30,732 bases of DNA from a virus (IMGVR_UViG_3300037420_000585:1-30732); one strand, 5' to 3'; positions 8,845-18,830 are shown, counted from the stretch's first letter. The notes: a model not told the origin generated them from the sequence alone. A program made the numbers and translations.

Positions 8845-10189
8845 CTACACCGAGCCCGCTTATGAACTGGCGGGGCATCAGGCGAAGCTGGACGCAGCCT
8901 TGGAGGCTGTTGAGCGGGGCGAGATCGACCGGCTGATGGTGTTTATGCCGCCGCGCCACGGCAAGAGTGAAAAGGCGAGCAAGCGTTTCCCGGCTTGGTA
9001 TCTGGGAAGGAACCCGAAGCGGCAGATCATCGCATCGAGCTATAACAGTGATCTGGCTACCGATTTTGGTCGTGAAGTTCGTAACATCATGGCTTCGCCT
9101 GAATATGGCGAGGTGTTCAGCCATGTTGGGTTGAGGCAGGACAGCCGAGCGGCCGATCGGATGAACACCGATCAGGGCGGTGCATATTTCGCTTGCGGTG
9201 TTGGAACTGCAACGACTGGACGCGGCGCGCACCTTGGACTGATTGATGATCCGTTCAAGGATCGTGAGGACGCAGACAGCGAGATTCAGCGTGAAAAGGT
9301 GTGGCGCTGGTATCGCTCGACCTTCTTTACGCGGTTGATGCCGGGTGGGGCAATTGTGCTGGTTCAGACGCGTTGGCACGAAGACGATCTGGCTGGACGG
9401 CTGTTGGAGTTGCAGGGCCGCAAGGAAGATGGCGGCGAATGGACCGTGCTCGATCTGCCCGCACTGGACGAACAGGGCCACGCTCTTTGGCCGGAATGGT
9501 ATGACGAAACGGCTCTTGAGCGGATCAAGGCCACGATCGGCCCGCGCGAATGGTCGGCGCTCTATCAGCAACGACCGCAGCCTGACGAGGGCACGTTCTT
9601 TCAACGCGACTGGTTCAAGGAATGGGAGAAGAAGCCAGCTCTCCGTTACTATGGAACCAGTGACTACGCTGTTACGGATGGCGGCGGCGACTTCACCGTC
9701 CACAGAGTGTGGGGCATTGATCCCGAAGGCTGCATCTATCGCGTTGATGGGTGGCGAGGCCAAGCGACGTCGGACGTGTGGATCGAAGAGAAGCTGAATC
9801 TAGTAGACAAATACAAGCCCTTTGCCTGGTTCGGCGAAGGCGGGGTTATCCAGAAGGCGGTTGAGCCGGCCCTGATGCGCAGGATGCGTGAACGCAAGAG
9901 CTTCTGCCGATTGGTGTGGCTGCCGAGCGTTCATGACAAGCCGACGCGGGCACGGAGCTTCCAGGCAATGGCGGCAAGTGGCCGAGTGTATTTCGAGAAA
10001 GGCGCGGACATCAGCGAGTTCCTGAGTTTCCCCGCCGGCAAGCATGATGATGACGTGGACACAGCTTCATTGATCGGGCGGGCTCTGGACCAAGCTCATC
10101 CGGCGATCATTCACCCGCAAGTTCCACCGAAGAATCCCCCCGATCTGTGGGGCCGCAAGAAGGATGGCGAGTCATGGAAGGTGATGTGA
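8747..10189 (+). CDS. terL: Terminase large subunit
   Basis: Walker A MPPRHGKS, Walker B GLIDDP, coupling motif QTRWHEDD, nuclease TSDYA and HDDDVD; start uncertain (about 8702-8771). Confidence 0.96.
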   Translation: MNSTRLKSLSQRVPTLREIRAERARRSLGAFTSYTEPAYELAGHQAKLDAALEAVERGEIDRLMVFMPPRHGKSEKASKRFPAWYLGRNPKRQIIASSYNSDLATDFGREVRNIMASPEYGEVFSHVGLRQDSRAADRMNTDQGGAYFACGVGTATTGRGAHLGLIDDPFKDREDADSEIQREKVWRWYRSTFFTRLMPGGAIVLVQTRWHEDDLAGRLLELQGRKEDGGEWTVLDLPALDEQGHALWPEWYDETALERIKATIGPREWSALYQQRPQPDEGTFFQRDWFKEWEKKPALRYYGTSDYAVTDGGGDFTVHRVWGIDPEGCIYRVDGWRGQATSDVWIEEKLNLVDKYKPFAWFGEGGVIQKAVEPALMRRMRERKSFCRLVWLPSVHDKPTRARSFQAMAASGRVYFEKGADISEFLSFPAGKHDDDVDTASLIGRALDQAHPAIIHPQVPPKNPPDLWGRKKDGESWKVM

Positions 10190-12039
10190 CCACTTCCCTC
10201 GCCGACTACAAGAAGATGTTCGCGGACGCTCGCGATCTGCTCGCCGACAACCGCAAAGAGCAGCAGATCGACGACGATTACTACCACGGCTATCAACTCA
10301 CTCCTGAAGAGCGGAGAGCCTTACAGAAGCGCAAGCAGCCGGACACGGTGTTCAATCGCTACCGGAAGAGTATCAACGGCACGTTGGGGGTACTAGAGAG
10401 CGGCGAGACCGATCCGCGGGCTTACGGCCGCAATCCCGGCGTGGATGAGGACGCTGCGGATGTGGTGTCGAAGACGCTGCGGTTCGTGGCGGACCTCAAC
10501 GACTTCCATGAGCTGAGGCTGCGCTGCGCTTACGATTATCTCGTGCCTGGAACCTGTGCTGCCTTGGTTGAGGTTGGTGAGGACAATAGGCCCAAATTAA
10601 CTCAGATCCGCTGGGAAGAGTTCTTTCACGATCCCCGCTCGCGAATGTGGGACTTCTCCGATGCGCGCTACATGGGCATCGCCAAATGGATGTACGCCGA
10701 CGACCTCACTCGGATGTACCCCGACAAGGCGAAGGAGATCGAGGACGCCTTAGGTTCTACTGGCCCGATCACCATCGACGACACGTTCGGTGACAGGCCG
10801 CGAGACAGCCTCTCCAACTGGGTCGATGCCCGCAAAAGACGGCTGATGGTGGTGGAGATTTACCACCGCGAGGGTCAGGGTTGGCTCCGATGCGTGTTCC
10901 ATGCCGGCGGGATATTGGAAGCTAGTCCCAGTCCGTATTTGGACCAGAGGAAACAGCCCGAATGCGCGATCGTTGCCCAATCCTGTTATGTGGACCGCGA
11001 AAACAATCGGATGGGGGTCGGGCGGGACCTCAGAACCCCGCAGGATGAGTTCAACAAGAGAAGGTCAAAGCTCCTCCACGAGACCAGCAACCGCCAGATG
11101 CAGGCCATGCCCAATGAAATGGGGCAAATGGCGCTGGCGACCGATGCGGATACTGTACGGCAGGAAGCGGCGAGACCGGACGGGATCATTCCGCCGGGCT
11201 GGATGCCGGTACAACGGGCGGATATCTTCACCGGCCAGGTCAATCTGTTGCAGATGGCCGAAGCCGAACTGGATCGGCAGGGACCGAACCCGGCCATTCT
11301 CGCCCGGTCGGCATCCTCTGCCTCGGGCAGATCAAAACAGGTCGATCAGCAGGCCGGTCTGACGGAAGACGCGGTTGTCTATAAGGGCATCCATGCGTGG
11401 GAAATGCGCATGTACCGCGCAATGTGGAACCGCTGCCGTCAGTATTGGACCGCGCCTGATTATATCCGGGTCACTGACGATCTGAAGTCGCCGCAGTTCA
11501 TCGGCATCAATCAACCGCAAGTAGGAACGCAGATCGGCCGCAACCCTGAGACGGGAATGCCGGAGATTCAGCAGGTCGTGCTGGGCTATGGGAACCAATT
11601 GGCCGAACTGGATGTCGATATCGTTCTCGATGTGGTGCCTGACACCGCTGCTTTGGCTGACGAGCAGTTCCAGGCATTGACCGAACTGGCGAAAATGTAC
11701 GGCCCGCAGGAAGTGCCGTTCGACGATCTGCTGGAAGTGTCGAGCATCCCCAACAAACGGGAGCTGATCGAGAAAAGGAAAGCGAGAGCCAAGCAGGCCG
11801 CACAGCAGGGCGGACAGGGCCAGCAGATGCAATTGCAGGCCGCAGCCGTGGAGATTCAGGACAAGGCCGCCGCCGCTCAGCTGAAGCAGGCACAGACAGC
11901 CAAGACGCAGGCCGAGACAGAAAAGCTTGGTTACGAAGCGCAAAACGAGATCATCAAGCCGCATCTGGAGGTCGTGAAAGCCGGTTTTCAGATCGGACAG
12001 AGACAACCGCCGCCGGGTTTGACGGGCGCTACAGGCTAG
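10186..12039 (+). CDS. Portal protein (P22-like)
   Basis: GTGA overlap with terL stop; DYYHGYQLT...FNR, FFHDP...DFSDARY, PQDEFNKRRSK motifs; Gln-rich C-terminal barrel. Confidence 0.92.
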   Translation: MTTSLADYKKMFADARDLLADNRKEQQIDDDYYHGYQLTPEERRALQKRKQPDTVFNRYRKSINGTLGVLESGETDPRAYGRNPGVDEDAADVVSKTLRFVADLNDFHELRLRCAYDYLVPGTCAALVEVGEDNRPKLTQIRWEEFFHDPRSRMWDFSDARYMGIAKWMYADDLTRMYPDKAKEIEDALGSTGPITIDDTFGDRPRDSLSNWVDARKRRLMVVEIYHREGQGWLRCVFHAGGILEASPSPYLDQRKQPECAIVAQSCYVDRENNRMGVGRDLRTPQDEFNKRRSKLLHETSNRQMQAMPNEMGQMALATDADTVRQEAARPDGIIPPGWMPVQRADIFTGQVNLLQMAEAELDRQGPNPAILARSASSASGRSKQVDQQAGLTEDAVVYKGIHAWEMRMYRAMWNRCRQYWTAPDYIRVTDDLKSPQFIGINQPQVGTQIGRNPETGMPEIQQVVLGYGNQLAELDVDIVLDVVPDTAALADEQFQALTELAKMYGPQEVPFDDLLEVSSIPNKRELIEKRKARAKQAAQQGGQGQQMQLQAAAVEIQDKAAAAQLKQAQTAKTQAETEKLGYEAQNEIIKPHLEVVKAGFQIGQRQPPPGLTGATG

Positions 12040-12102
12040 ACTGCATCTAGCAATGGGCCGCCGCCAATCGGGCGCATCGTCACTGCGACGTCAAGCAGAG
12101 GG

Positions 12103-12870
12103 ATGATCATGGACAAGCTGGAATTTTTGGACGGCGCGGAAGCGCCGAATGAGGAAGTTGTGCCAGCGGAAGCCGCTCCGGCGGAAGTCGCTGCCGAGGA
12201 AAAGCCCGAACGTCCGCGAGGACCGGACGGCAAGTTCGCGCCCAAGGAGAAGGCTGAGGCTCCTGCTTCGCCAACTCCAGAACCCGCACCTACTGCTGAA
12301 CCCCCACAGGAACAGCCGATGGTGCCGCTCGCGGCGCTGCACGAGACCCGCGACAAGGTCAGAGACCTCGAAGCCCGTCTCGCTGCAATGCAACCCAAGC
12401 AGCCAGCACCTCAACCCGCGCTCGGCCCGGCTCCCGACATGTTCGAGGACCCGGACGCCTATCAGGCGTGGCAACAGCAGCAGATCGTCAATGCGACCCT
12501 CAACCTCTCGGAAGAGATCACGCGGGAAAAGTATGGCGACGAGCTGGTGGACGCAGCCAAGGCGTGGGCCACCGAACAGTTTCAGGCCCGTCCCGGCTTC
12601 GCTCAGGAGGTCCTGAGCCAGCGCAATCCCTACGGCTATGCCGTCAAGCAGTACCAGAAACAGCAATCGCTTTCCCAGCTGGGAGACGATCCGACAGAGA
12701 TTCAAGCCTACCTCGCCTGGAAACAGGCCCAGCAGGCTCAGCCGGCGGCTCCGGCCGCCACAACCCCACCTCAGCGCCCTCCACAATCGATCGCCTCTGC
12801 ACCTTCAGCCGGAGGATTGCAGTCACAGGCGGTCGGGCCGGGAGTGGCGTTTGATTCAATCATAAGGTAA
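12103..12870 (+). CDS. Capsid scaffolding protein
   Basis: Between portal and capsid; acidic Pro/Ala-rich; RGPDGKFA and VPLAALHETR motifs; start 12103 or 12109. Confidence 0.85.
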   Translation: MIMDKLEFLDGAEAPNEEVVPAEAAPAEVAAEEKPERPRGPDGKFAPKEKAEAPASPTPEPAPTAEPPQEQPMVPLAALHETRDKVRDLEARLAAMQPKQPAPQPALGPAPDMFEDPDAYQAWQQQQIVNATLNLSEEITREKYGDELVDAAKAWATEQFQARPGFAQEVLSQRNPYGYAVKQYQKQQSLSQLGDDPTEIQAYLAWKQAQQAQPAAPAATTPPQRPPQSIASAPSAGGLQSQAVGPGVAFDSIIR

Positions 12871-12876
12871 TTCGAA

Positions 12877-13986
12877 ATGGCTGAAGTCACCCTCGCATCT
12901 GCTTCCGAAAAGCAGAAGTGGATCAGCGACTATTTCGCTGAATATGTCCGGCAGTCCGGTTTTTCCGGATACATGGGCCGGTCCAACAACTCGATCATCA
13001 TTGCCAAGTACGAGCTTCAGGAAGAGGCTGGCAAGACGATCAACATCCCGCTCATCACGCGGCTGAAGTCGGCGACCGGCGTTACCGGTTCCGGCGTGCT
13101 CGACGGCAACGAGGAAGAGCTCGGCAACTACAACTGCGCGATCTCGATCGACTGGCGCCGCAACGGCGTCCGTGTTCCGAAATCGACCAGTTTCAAGACC
13201 GAGATCGATCTCTTGAACGCCGCTCGCGACATGCTGCGCACGTGGGAAGCCGAGAAGATCCGCGACGATATCATCAAGGCAATGCTGTCGGTGGTCACGA
13301 CTGCCGACACGACCGTCAACATGGCGGATTCGTCGGCGGCCAACCGCAATGCTTATGCGGCGGCCAATTCGGATCGGTTGCTCTTCGGCAACGCGCTGTC
13401 GAACTATTCGGCGACGTGGGCGACGGCGATGGGCAACATCGATACGACCAACGACAAGTGCAACGTCGCGCAGATGAGCCTGATGAAGCGCATCGCCAAA
13501 TTGGCCGATCCGCACATTCGTCCGTTCCGGTCGAAGGTTGGGCAGGAGTTCTTCGTGGCGTTCCACGGCTCCCGCACTTTCCGCGACCTGAAGGCGGACT
13601 CGACCATGACGCAGGCCAACCGCGATGCGCGGCCCCGCGATGTGGAAGAGAACCCGATCTTCCAGGACGGCGATCTCATCTATGATGGCATCATCCACCG
13701 TGAGGTGCCGGAAATCGATGCGGTCGCAGCCAATGGCGGCAATGCCTACACCTTGAACGGCGTCGGCGCGTCATCGGCGGATGTCCGTCCGGTGTTCCTC
13801 TGCGGAGCGCAGGCCGTGGGTATCGCTTGGGGCCAGGAGCCAACTCCGAGAACCGACACGGCGAAGGACTATCAGTTCCGTCCCGGTGTCGCGATCGAGG
13901 AGCTGTTGGGCGTCAAGAAACTGGCGTTCAACGGTCTCCAGCAGGGCATGGTCAGCGGCTTCTTCGCTGCGGCGGCCGACAGCTAA
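12877..13986 (+). CDS. Major capsid protein (N4-gp56/DUF4043-like)
   Basis: 369 aa; GKTINIPLITRL...GVTGSGVLDGNEEEL, NPIFQDGDLIYDGIIHRE, LCGAQAVGIAWG. Confidence 0.9.
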   Translation: MAEVTLASASEKQKWISDYFAEYVRQSGFSGYMGRSNNSIIIAKYELQEEAGKTINIPLITRLKSATGVTGSGVLDGNEEELGNYNCAISIDWRRNGVRVPKSTSFKTEIDLLNAARDMLRTWEAEKIRDDIIKAMLSVVTTADTTVNMADSSAANRNAYAAANSDRLLFGNALSNYSATWATAMGNIDTTNDKCNVAQMSLMKRIAKLADPHIRPFRSKVGQEFFVAFHGSRTFRDLKADSTMTQANRDARPRDVEENPIFQDGDLIYDGIIHREVPEIDAVAANGGNAYTLNGVGASSADVRPVFLCGAQAVGIAWGQEPTPRTDTAKDYQFRPGVAIEELLGVKKLAFNGLQQGMVSGFFAAAADS

Positions 13987-13996
13987 GGAGGGACAG

Positions 13997-14116
13997 ATGC
14001 CTGAGATTGGCTCCGGCGATCCGAGTGACCCGCTGTTTCAGCAGGCCCTTGGTTTCACTCCCAAGGCTAAACCGAAGGCCAAGCCAAAAGCAAAGCCCAA
14101 GGCAAAGCGCAAATAA
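13997..14116 (+). CDS. Small basic protein with PKAK repeats (39 aa)
   Basis: TAAGGAGG RBS; MPEIGSGDPSDPLFQQALGFT(PKAK)4RK. Confidence 0.7.
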   Translation: MPEIGSGDPSDPLFQQALGFTPKAKPKAKPKAKPKAKRK

Positions 14117-14124
14117 CCATCATC

Positions 14125-14156
14125 GAGTGAGCGGCCCTTCGGGGCCGTTCGCTTTT
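14125..14156 (+). terminator. Intrinsic terminator after the capsid genes
   Basis: GAGTGAGCGGCCC-TTCG-GGGCCGTTCGCTT with cUUCGg tetraloop and short T run. Confidence 0.75.
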
Positions 14157-14167
14157 GGAGATACGAA

Positions 14168-14605
14168 ATGGCGACTTATTCAAGCTCTCAGGTGACGAAC
14201 AGCATTCCCCTGTCGCACCACGGCCCTGGCGGCAACGTCAAGGTCGCATTCGCGGATATCAACTGCACCGCCGCGCCGTCCACTTCCGACACGATCAACT
14301 TTTTCGATCTGCCGGCTGGCGCGAGGGTTCTCTTCGCTATCCTGGAATCGGACGACATGGACACCAACGGCACCCCGACGCTCACCATCAACGTGGGTGA
14401 TGCGGGCTCGGCGACGCGGTACTTCTCCGCTTCGACCGTGGGCCAGGCCGGCACTCTGTCAACGGCGATTGCCACGGCGGGTGCGGGTTACTCCAACACG
14501 GCCAAAACCCGTGTCGTAGGGGTGGCGGGCAACAACGCCGCAACCGGCGCTGCCGGGCACCTCTATCTGACGATGTTCTACGTCCTCGAAGGCGTGGCGT
14601 CCTAA
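14168..14605 (+). CDS. Putative capsid decoration/minor head protein
   Basis: GGAG RBS; DTINFFDLPAGARV...DDMDTNGTPTLTINVGD pattern of post-capsid decoration proteins. Confidence 0.7.
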   Translation: MATYSSSQVTNSIPLSHHGPGGNVKVAFADINCTAAPSTSDTINFFDLPAGARVLFAILESDDMDTNGTPTLTINVGDAGSATRYFSASTVGQAGTLSTAIATAGAGYSNTAKTRVVGVAGNNAATGAAGHLYLTMFYVLEGVAS

Positions 14606-14610
14606 CGATC

Positions 14611-14645
14611 GGTGGGGGCTGTAATGGCTCCCACCTTTCCTTTCG
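14611..14645 (+). terminator. Possible terminator hairpin
   Basis: GGTGGGGGC-tgtaatg-GCTCCCACC followed by TTTCCTTT. Confidence 0.5.
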
Positions 14646-14658
14646 GGGAGGGTGATTG

Positions 14659-15237
14659 ATGGCAACCTGCCTCGATATCATTACTTATGCCATGCGCTCG
14701 CTGGCGCAGTTGGCCTCTGGCGAGCCACCTACCTCGAAGGAAAGCGACGACGGACTTGTCGCACTCCAGTCTTTCTATGACGAGCTGGTCATGTCCGGCA
14801 TGTTCGGACGACTTGAGGATGTCTACCTCACTGCCAATGATACGGCGGAAGAGGGAAAGAGATATCTCCTAGCTTCCGGCATCACGCTCATTGAACCAAC
14901 GATCATTCTCGCCGCTGACACGGACGGTGGGGTAGACCGGCAGCCAAGAGACCTGTCGCTGTATGAGAAGCTGACGAGCACCGGAACGCTTACGCGCAGG
15001 CTCTATGATCGCACATCATGGGTCAATCTGACGGGGCTGGCGCTCACCGACACGGCTCCTTTGTCCGGAAGAGGGGCGATGGGCCTTGCTGCGGCGGTAG
15101 CGTGCTCTGGCGGCTTCTCGGACATGTTCGGAGCCACTGCCGGGCCAGCGCTTCTAGCCAGGTCCCAGCGGTTCCTGTCGAGCCTTTCGCATAAGCTCGG
15201 TTCGACTCGCGACCGTCTCGCGGCGGAGTATATGTGA
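14659..15237 (+). CDS. Head-to-tail adaptor (P22 gp4-like)
   Basis: TCLDIITYAMRSLAQLASGEPPT..E..DGLVALQ N-terminus; synteny. Confidence 0.75.
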   Translation: MATCLDIITYAMRSLAQLASGEPPTSKESDDGLVALQSFYDELVMSGMFGRLEDVYLTANDTAEEGKRYLLASGITLIEPTIILAADTDGGVDRQPRDLSLYEKLTSTGTLTRRLYDRTSWVNLTGLALTDTAPLSGRGAMGLAAAVACSGGFSDMFGATAGPALLARSQRFLSSLSHKLGSTRDRLAAEYM

Positions 15238-16608
15238 GTGCCCTCCATTTCCTACGGCTCGGGAGCCTACAAAAGGACAAATGGGAGCCTCCCACCGCTC
15301 ACGCTCATCAACATGTTTCTGGAGCAGGCCAAGACATCGGAGCAGGGAGTAGGCCTCTTATCCCGTGAGGGACTGGCTCAGTCTTCGGCGGTTGGAGGCG
15401 GGCCGATTAACGGCATCTTCTCCAAGCAGGGCTGTTTCAATGGCGACCTGTTCGCCCTCTCCGGCAATGCGGTTTACCGGGGAACAACCTATCTGGGTGC
15501 GATCACCGGGGCCGGGCCGATTTCCATCGATGGCTCGGACAATGAGATTGTCATTACAAGGGGAGGCACGGCTTACAGCTATAACGGCACCGATCTTCAG
15601 CCGATCGCCTTCCCTGACGGGGCCAATGTCCGGGCTGTATGTTTCATCAATGAAAGGTTCGTGTTCGTCCGCGATGGGACGGCAAAATTCTATTGGTCCG
15701 ACATTCTCGATGGGCGGACGGTCGATGCGCTCAACTTCGCCACTGCGGAAAGGCAGCCGGATCAGCTCCTCGACGTGAAGGCACGGGGAGACATTCTCTG
15801 GTTGCTTGGACAGGCGACCATTGAGGCGTGGAGCAACGACGGAGCCGACGTGGACATTCCCTTTTCACGCATCGAGCAGGTTGTCTTCGACGTGGGAACT
15901 ATCGGTACGGGCTGCACCGTCCAGGCGGACAACACATTGTTTACCATCGGCCATGATGGAGTTCTTTATCGCACCGGAGAAGTGCCTGAGCGGGTTTCCG
16001 ATCATTCCATTGAGGAGCGCATTCTCAGCTCCACGGCACAAAAACTATTCACATTCAAATATCAGGGCCATGAGTTTCTTGCTATAAGATTAGACGAAGA
16101 AACCTTGCTCTATGATGCGGCCACCCAGGAATTTTGCGAGTTTCAGTCATCACAGGCTAATTGGATCGCGCATTGCGCGACAATGGTTGGTGATGTGGCC
16201 TATTTCGGTCATTCATCCAGCAATCAAGTGATGATCTTCGATGGTTGGACTGATGTTGGCGACGAATTAGAGCGCCGCTTCTCTGCCGCCCAGCAATTGG
16301 ACGTGCCGCTGTCGGTCAACAACATCCGTTTGTGGTGCAATGCCGGGCATACGGAGGTGCTAAGCGGCCAGGGATCAGACCCACAAGTTGAAATGCGCTA
16401 TTCGAGGAACGCCGGCAATAGCTGGAGCGGCTACAGCTCGGCCAGACTAGGAGCGGCCGGGCAATATCGGACGGTTCCGGCATGGAGAAGGCTGGGGCAG
16501 TTCGACTTTCCGGGGCTGTTGTTGGAGTTTCGGCTGACCGACCCAGTGCCGTTTCGGGTCTCAGCGGTGAAAGCCAACGACTTCTCGGGCGGGCGGTCGC
16601 GTGCCTAA
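15238..16608 (+). CDS. Tail hub/nozzle (P22 gp10-like DNA stabilisation protein)
   Basis: 456 aa; LNFATAERQPD, IEAWSN, PQVEMRYS..AG.SWS...LGAAGQYR...WRRLG motifs. Confidence 0.85.
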   Translation: MPSISYGSGAYKRTNGSLPPLTLINMFLEQAKTSEQGVGLLSREGLAQSSAVGGGPINGIFSKQGCFNGDLFALSGNAVYRGTTYLGAITGAGPISIDGSDNEIVITRGGTAYSYNGTDLQPIAFPDGANVRAVCFINERFVFVRDGTAKFYWSDILDGRTVDALNFATAERQPDQLLDVKARGDILWLLGQATIEAWSNDGADVDIPFSRIEQVVFDVGTIGTGCTVQADNTLFTIGHDGVLYRTGEVPERVSDHSIEERILSSTAQKLFTFKYQGHEFLAIRLDEETLLYDAATQEFCEFQSSQANWIAHCATMVGDVAYFGHSSSNQVMIFDGWTDVGDELERRFSAAQQLDVPLSVNNIRLWCNAGHTEVLSGQGSDPQVEMRYSRNAGNSWSGYSSARLGAAGQYRTVPAWRRLGQFDFPGLLLEFRLTDPVPFRVSAVKANDFSGGRSRA

Positions 16609-17464
16609 GCTTCTCGACAGACTGACGGGGCAAAATTCATCGGGAGTCGCCTTTAGGAAGCTGTGGCAAAAGAACTGCGAACTTATTGAAGCCCAGTTCA
16701 ACGATATCTTCCTGGCGCTGGCTTCAATTTCCGAGGTCGCCCCGATCACTATTGTTGCCGATTACACAGGAGCAGTGAACCCGGCGAACCAGCTGCCTTA
16801 TCAGGTGGCGATCAAGCGGTTCAGCGGCGACACGGACGTCACCACATCGGCGACTTGGTCGCTTACTGCCGATGCCGGGATTACTGCCTCAATCGGAGCT
16901 TCCACGGGCCTCCTCTCGATCACCGCGATCACGGCTTCGGGGACAATCACGATTTCCAGCATCTACAACGGGATCACGAAAACCAAATTGGTTCCGGTCA
17001 CGCTGAGCATCGGCGCTACGCCTTCAACGGGATCTGGTGGCGCCGGGTCCACTTCTTCGGACACGACATTCAATTCGATCAGTTCCGCCACCCACGCCGC
17101 AATTTCGGATGAGCTTACGGTCACGGTTGGATCGTCGGGAACAGTCACGCTGAACGCCGCCTCATTAACGGTGCGGACGGCCAAGGATACGGCCGGCACT
17201 TTCCCGGTCTATGGTCTCTGGCGATGGTGGAACGGAGCGGCGTGGGCCGATGTCGGAACCGAGGTTCAGAGCAGTCCGGATTGTGCGCTCGAATATGACT
17301 CCGAAGTCGGGATTTACTTCTTCAGTCCGTCAGGAAGCTTGACCGTCAATACTTCGAAAACAGGGCTGGGCGTCGGCACCAGCCAGAAGTTTCAATTATA
17401 TGCCCGTAATTCCTCCGGAACGCGGACGATGACCTTCACCGGGACTGCCTCGGCAATCCCATGA
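16601..17464 (+). CDS. Tail needle/fibre-like structural protein
   Basis: gp26 position; short helical N-terminus, then S/T/G-rich Ig-like beta domains. Confidence 0.6.
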   Translation: MPKLLDRLTGQNSSGVAFRKLWQKNCELIEAQFNDIFLALASISEVAPITIVADYTGAVNPANQLPYQVAIKRFSGDTDVTTSATWSLTADAGITASIGASTGLLSITAITASGTITISSIYNGITKTKLVPVTLSIGATPSTGSGGAGSTSSDTTFNSISSATHAAISDELTVTVGSSGTVTLNAASLTVRTAKDTAGTFPVYGLWRWWNGAAWADVGTEVQSSPDCALEYDSEVGIYFFSPSGSLTVNTSKTGLGVGTSQKFQLYARNSSGTRTMTFTGTASAIP

Positions 17465-17847
17465 TCCGGCGTGCTTCGGTCGAGGATGTCGAGAACATCA
17501 ACGACTGGATCTATCGCGACAGCGGCAAGAGGCCGGATTTCAGCTTCTTTCTCGCCGACCGGATGAATGTCTGCCTCATCGAAGGTGAGGGCGGGGCTCT
17601 GTTTGTGTGGCGGGGGCCGGGGATTTTCGAGGTCCACGTCTTCTTTACCCAGCGGGGGAAATCAGTTTTGCGCCTCTCTCGTGAGATGCTTGAGATCATG
17701 CGCCGGGATTATGGAGCTGAGACGTTCTGGGCGGCGGTTCCTGTCGAATCCCGCCACGTCATCATGTTCACTCGCCTGATGGGCTGGAAGTCACGCGGTT
17801 TCGCCGAGCTCCCGCAGGGCCGGTGCGAACTTTTCATCGGAGAATAG
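17461..17847 (+). CDS. GNAT-like virion assembly protein (P22 gp14 / T7 gp13 position)
   Basis: GIFEVHVFF...FTRLMGWKSRG; directly precedes the ejection genes. Confidence 0.65.
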   Translation: MIRRASVEDVENINDWIYRDSGKRPDFSFFLADRMNVCLIEGEGGALFVWRGPGIFEVHVFFTQRGKSVLRLSREMLEIMRRDYGAETFWAAVPVESRHVIMFTRLMGWKSRGFAELPQGRCELFIGE

Positions 17848-17848
17848 G

Positions 17849-18829
17849 ATGCCCCCAGCAATCATTGCCGCTGGAGCCGTTGCTGCCGGCACCATTGGCG
17901 GTGCCGTGATTAGCTCATCGGCCCAGAAGAAAGCCGCGAAACAGGCCAATGCCGCGCAGCAGCAGGCGACCGATGCTCAGCTCCAGCTTGGCCGCGAGAA
18001 CATCAATTTCCAGCAGGGCATCTATAACCAGAATAGGGCATTGCTCAGCCCGTTCGTGGACCGGGGAAATGTCGCCGGGCAATCCATTAATGCGTTGCTC
18101 GGGCTTCCCGCCGCGCAAGCGACACCACAGCCGGCGCAATCCTACGCGCAATCCTATTCGCCGGGACAGCCGACCAATTCCATGTGGGACGCTTATTTGT
18201 CCGCAAATCCTGATGTCGCGGCGGAATCCAGACGGGTGACGGCCGATGGTGAGTTCTCATCGCCTGAGGATTATGCGGCATGGCACTATCAGCATTACGG
18301 GCAGAATGAGGGAAGGCAGCTTCCCCAGCCCCAGACGGCTCCTGTGGCGGCCCAGGAGCCAGTTGCGACCACAACTACAGCACAGCAGCCTCTCGATGCC
18401 GCCGGGGCATTCAACAACTTCGCCAATTCGGCAGGGATGCAGTTCCAGCTCCAGCAGGGCGAAAACGCGATCAATAATGGTTATGCGGCCAAAGGCCAGC
18501 TTCAATCCGGGGCTGCGCTCAAGGGCCTCCAGAACTACGGCCAGCAAACCGCGCTCAATAATTACTTCTTGCCCTATCTGGGGCTTCTTGGCGGGCAGCA
18601 GGCGACGGGAGCACAGGCGGGTTCAGCAATCGCCGGAGTGGGGTCTAACTTCGGCAATACGGTCTCCAACATCTACGGCCAGCAGGGCAACGCGATTCAA
18701 TCCGGAGCCAATGCGGCTTCCAATGCGGCCTTGCTGAAGGGACAGGCAAACTCGAACATGTGGTCCGGGATCGCGTCAGGGTTGGGCACCTTCGCCTCAA
18801 GCTTCTCTCCTGCCACGAAGGGCTTCTAG
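17849..18829 (+). CDS. DNA ejection/pilot protein (P22 gp7-like)
   Basis: Hydrophobic Ala/Gly N-terminus, SSAQKKAA..A, LSPFVDRG, GMQFQLQQG...SGAALKGLQNYGQ. Confidence 0.8.
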   Translation: MPPAIIAAGAVAAGTIGGAVISSSAQKKAAKQANAAQQQATDAQLQLGRENINFQQGIYNQNRALLSPFVDRGNVAGQSINALLGLPAAQATPQPAQSYAQSYSPGQPTNSMWDAYLSANPDVAAESRRVTADGEFSSPEDYAAWHYQHYGQNEGRQLPQPQTAPVAAQEPVATTTTAQQPLDAAGAFNNFANSAGMQFQLQQGENAINNGYAAKGQLQSGAALKGLQNYGQQTALNNYFLPYLGLLGGQQATGAQAGSAIAGVGSNFGNTVSNIYGQQGNAIQSGANAASNAALLKGQANSNMWSGIASGLGTFASSFSPATKGF

Positions 18830-18830
18830 G

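Noticed and set aside
8729-9763. 344 aa minus-strand ORF, and similar ones at 1728-2495, 11332-12006, 12091-12786 and 12856-13698
   Set aside because: Shadow ORFs antisense to well-supported genes in high-GC DNA, with no recognisable motifs
15235-15240. In-frame TGA-GTG junction between adaptor and nozzle genes
   Set aside because: GCGGAG SD precedes the GTG, and these are separate genes in P22-like phages
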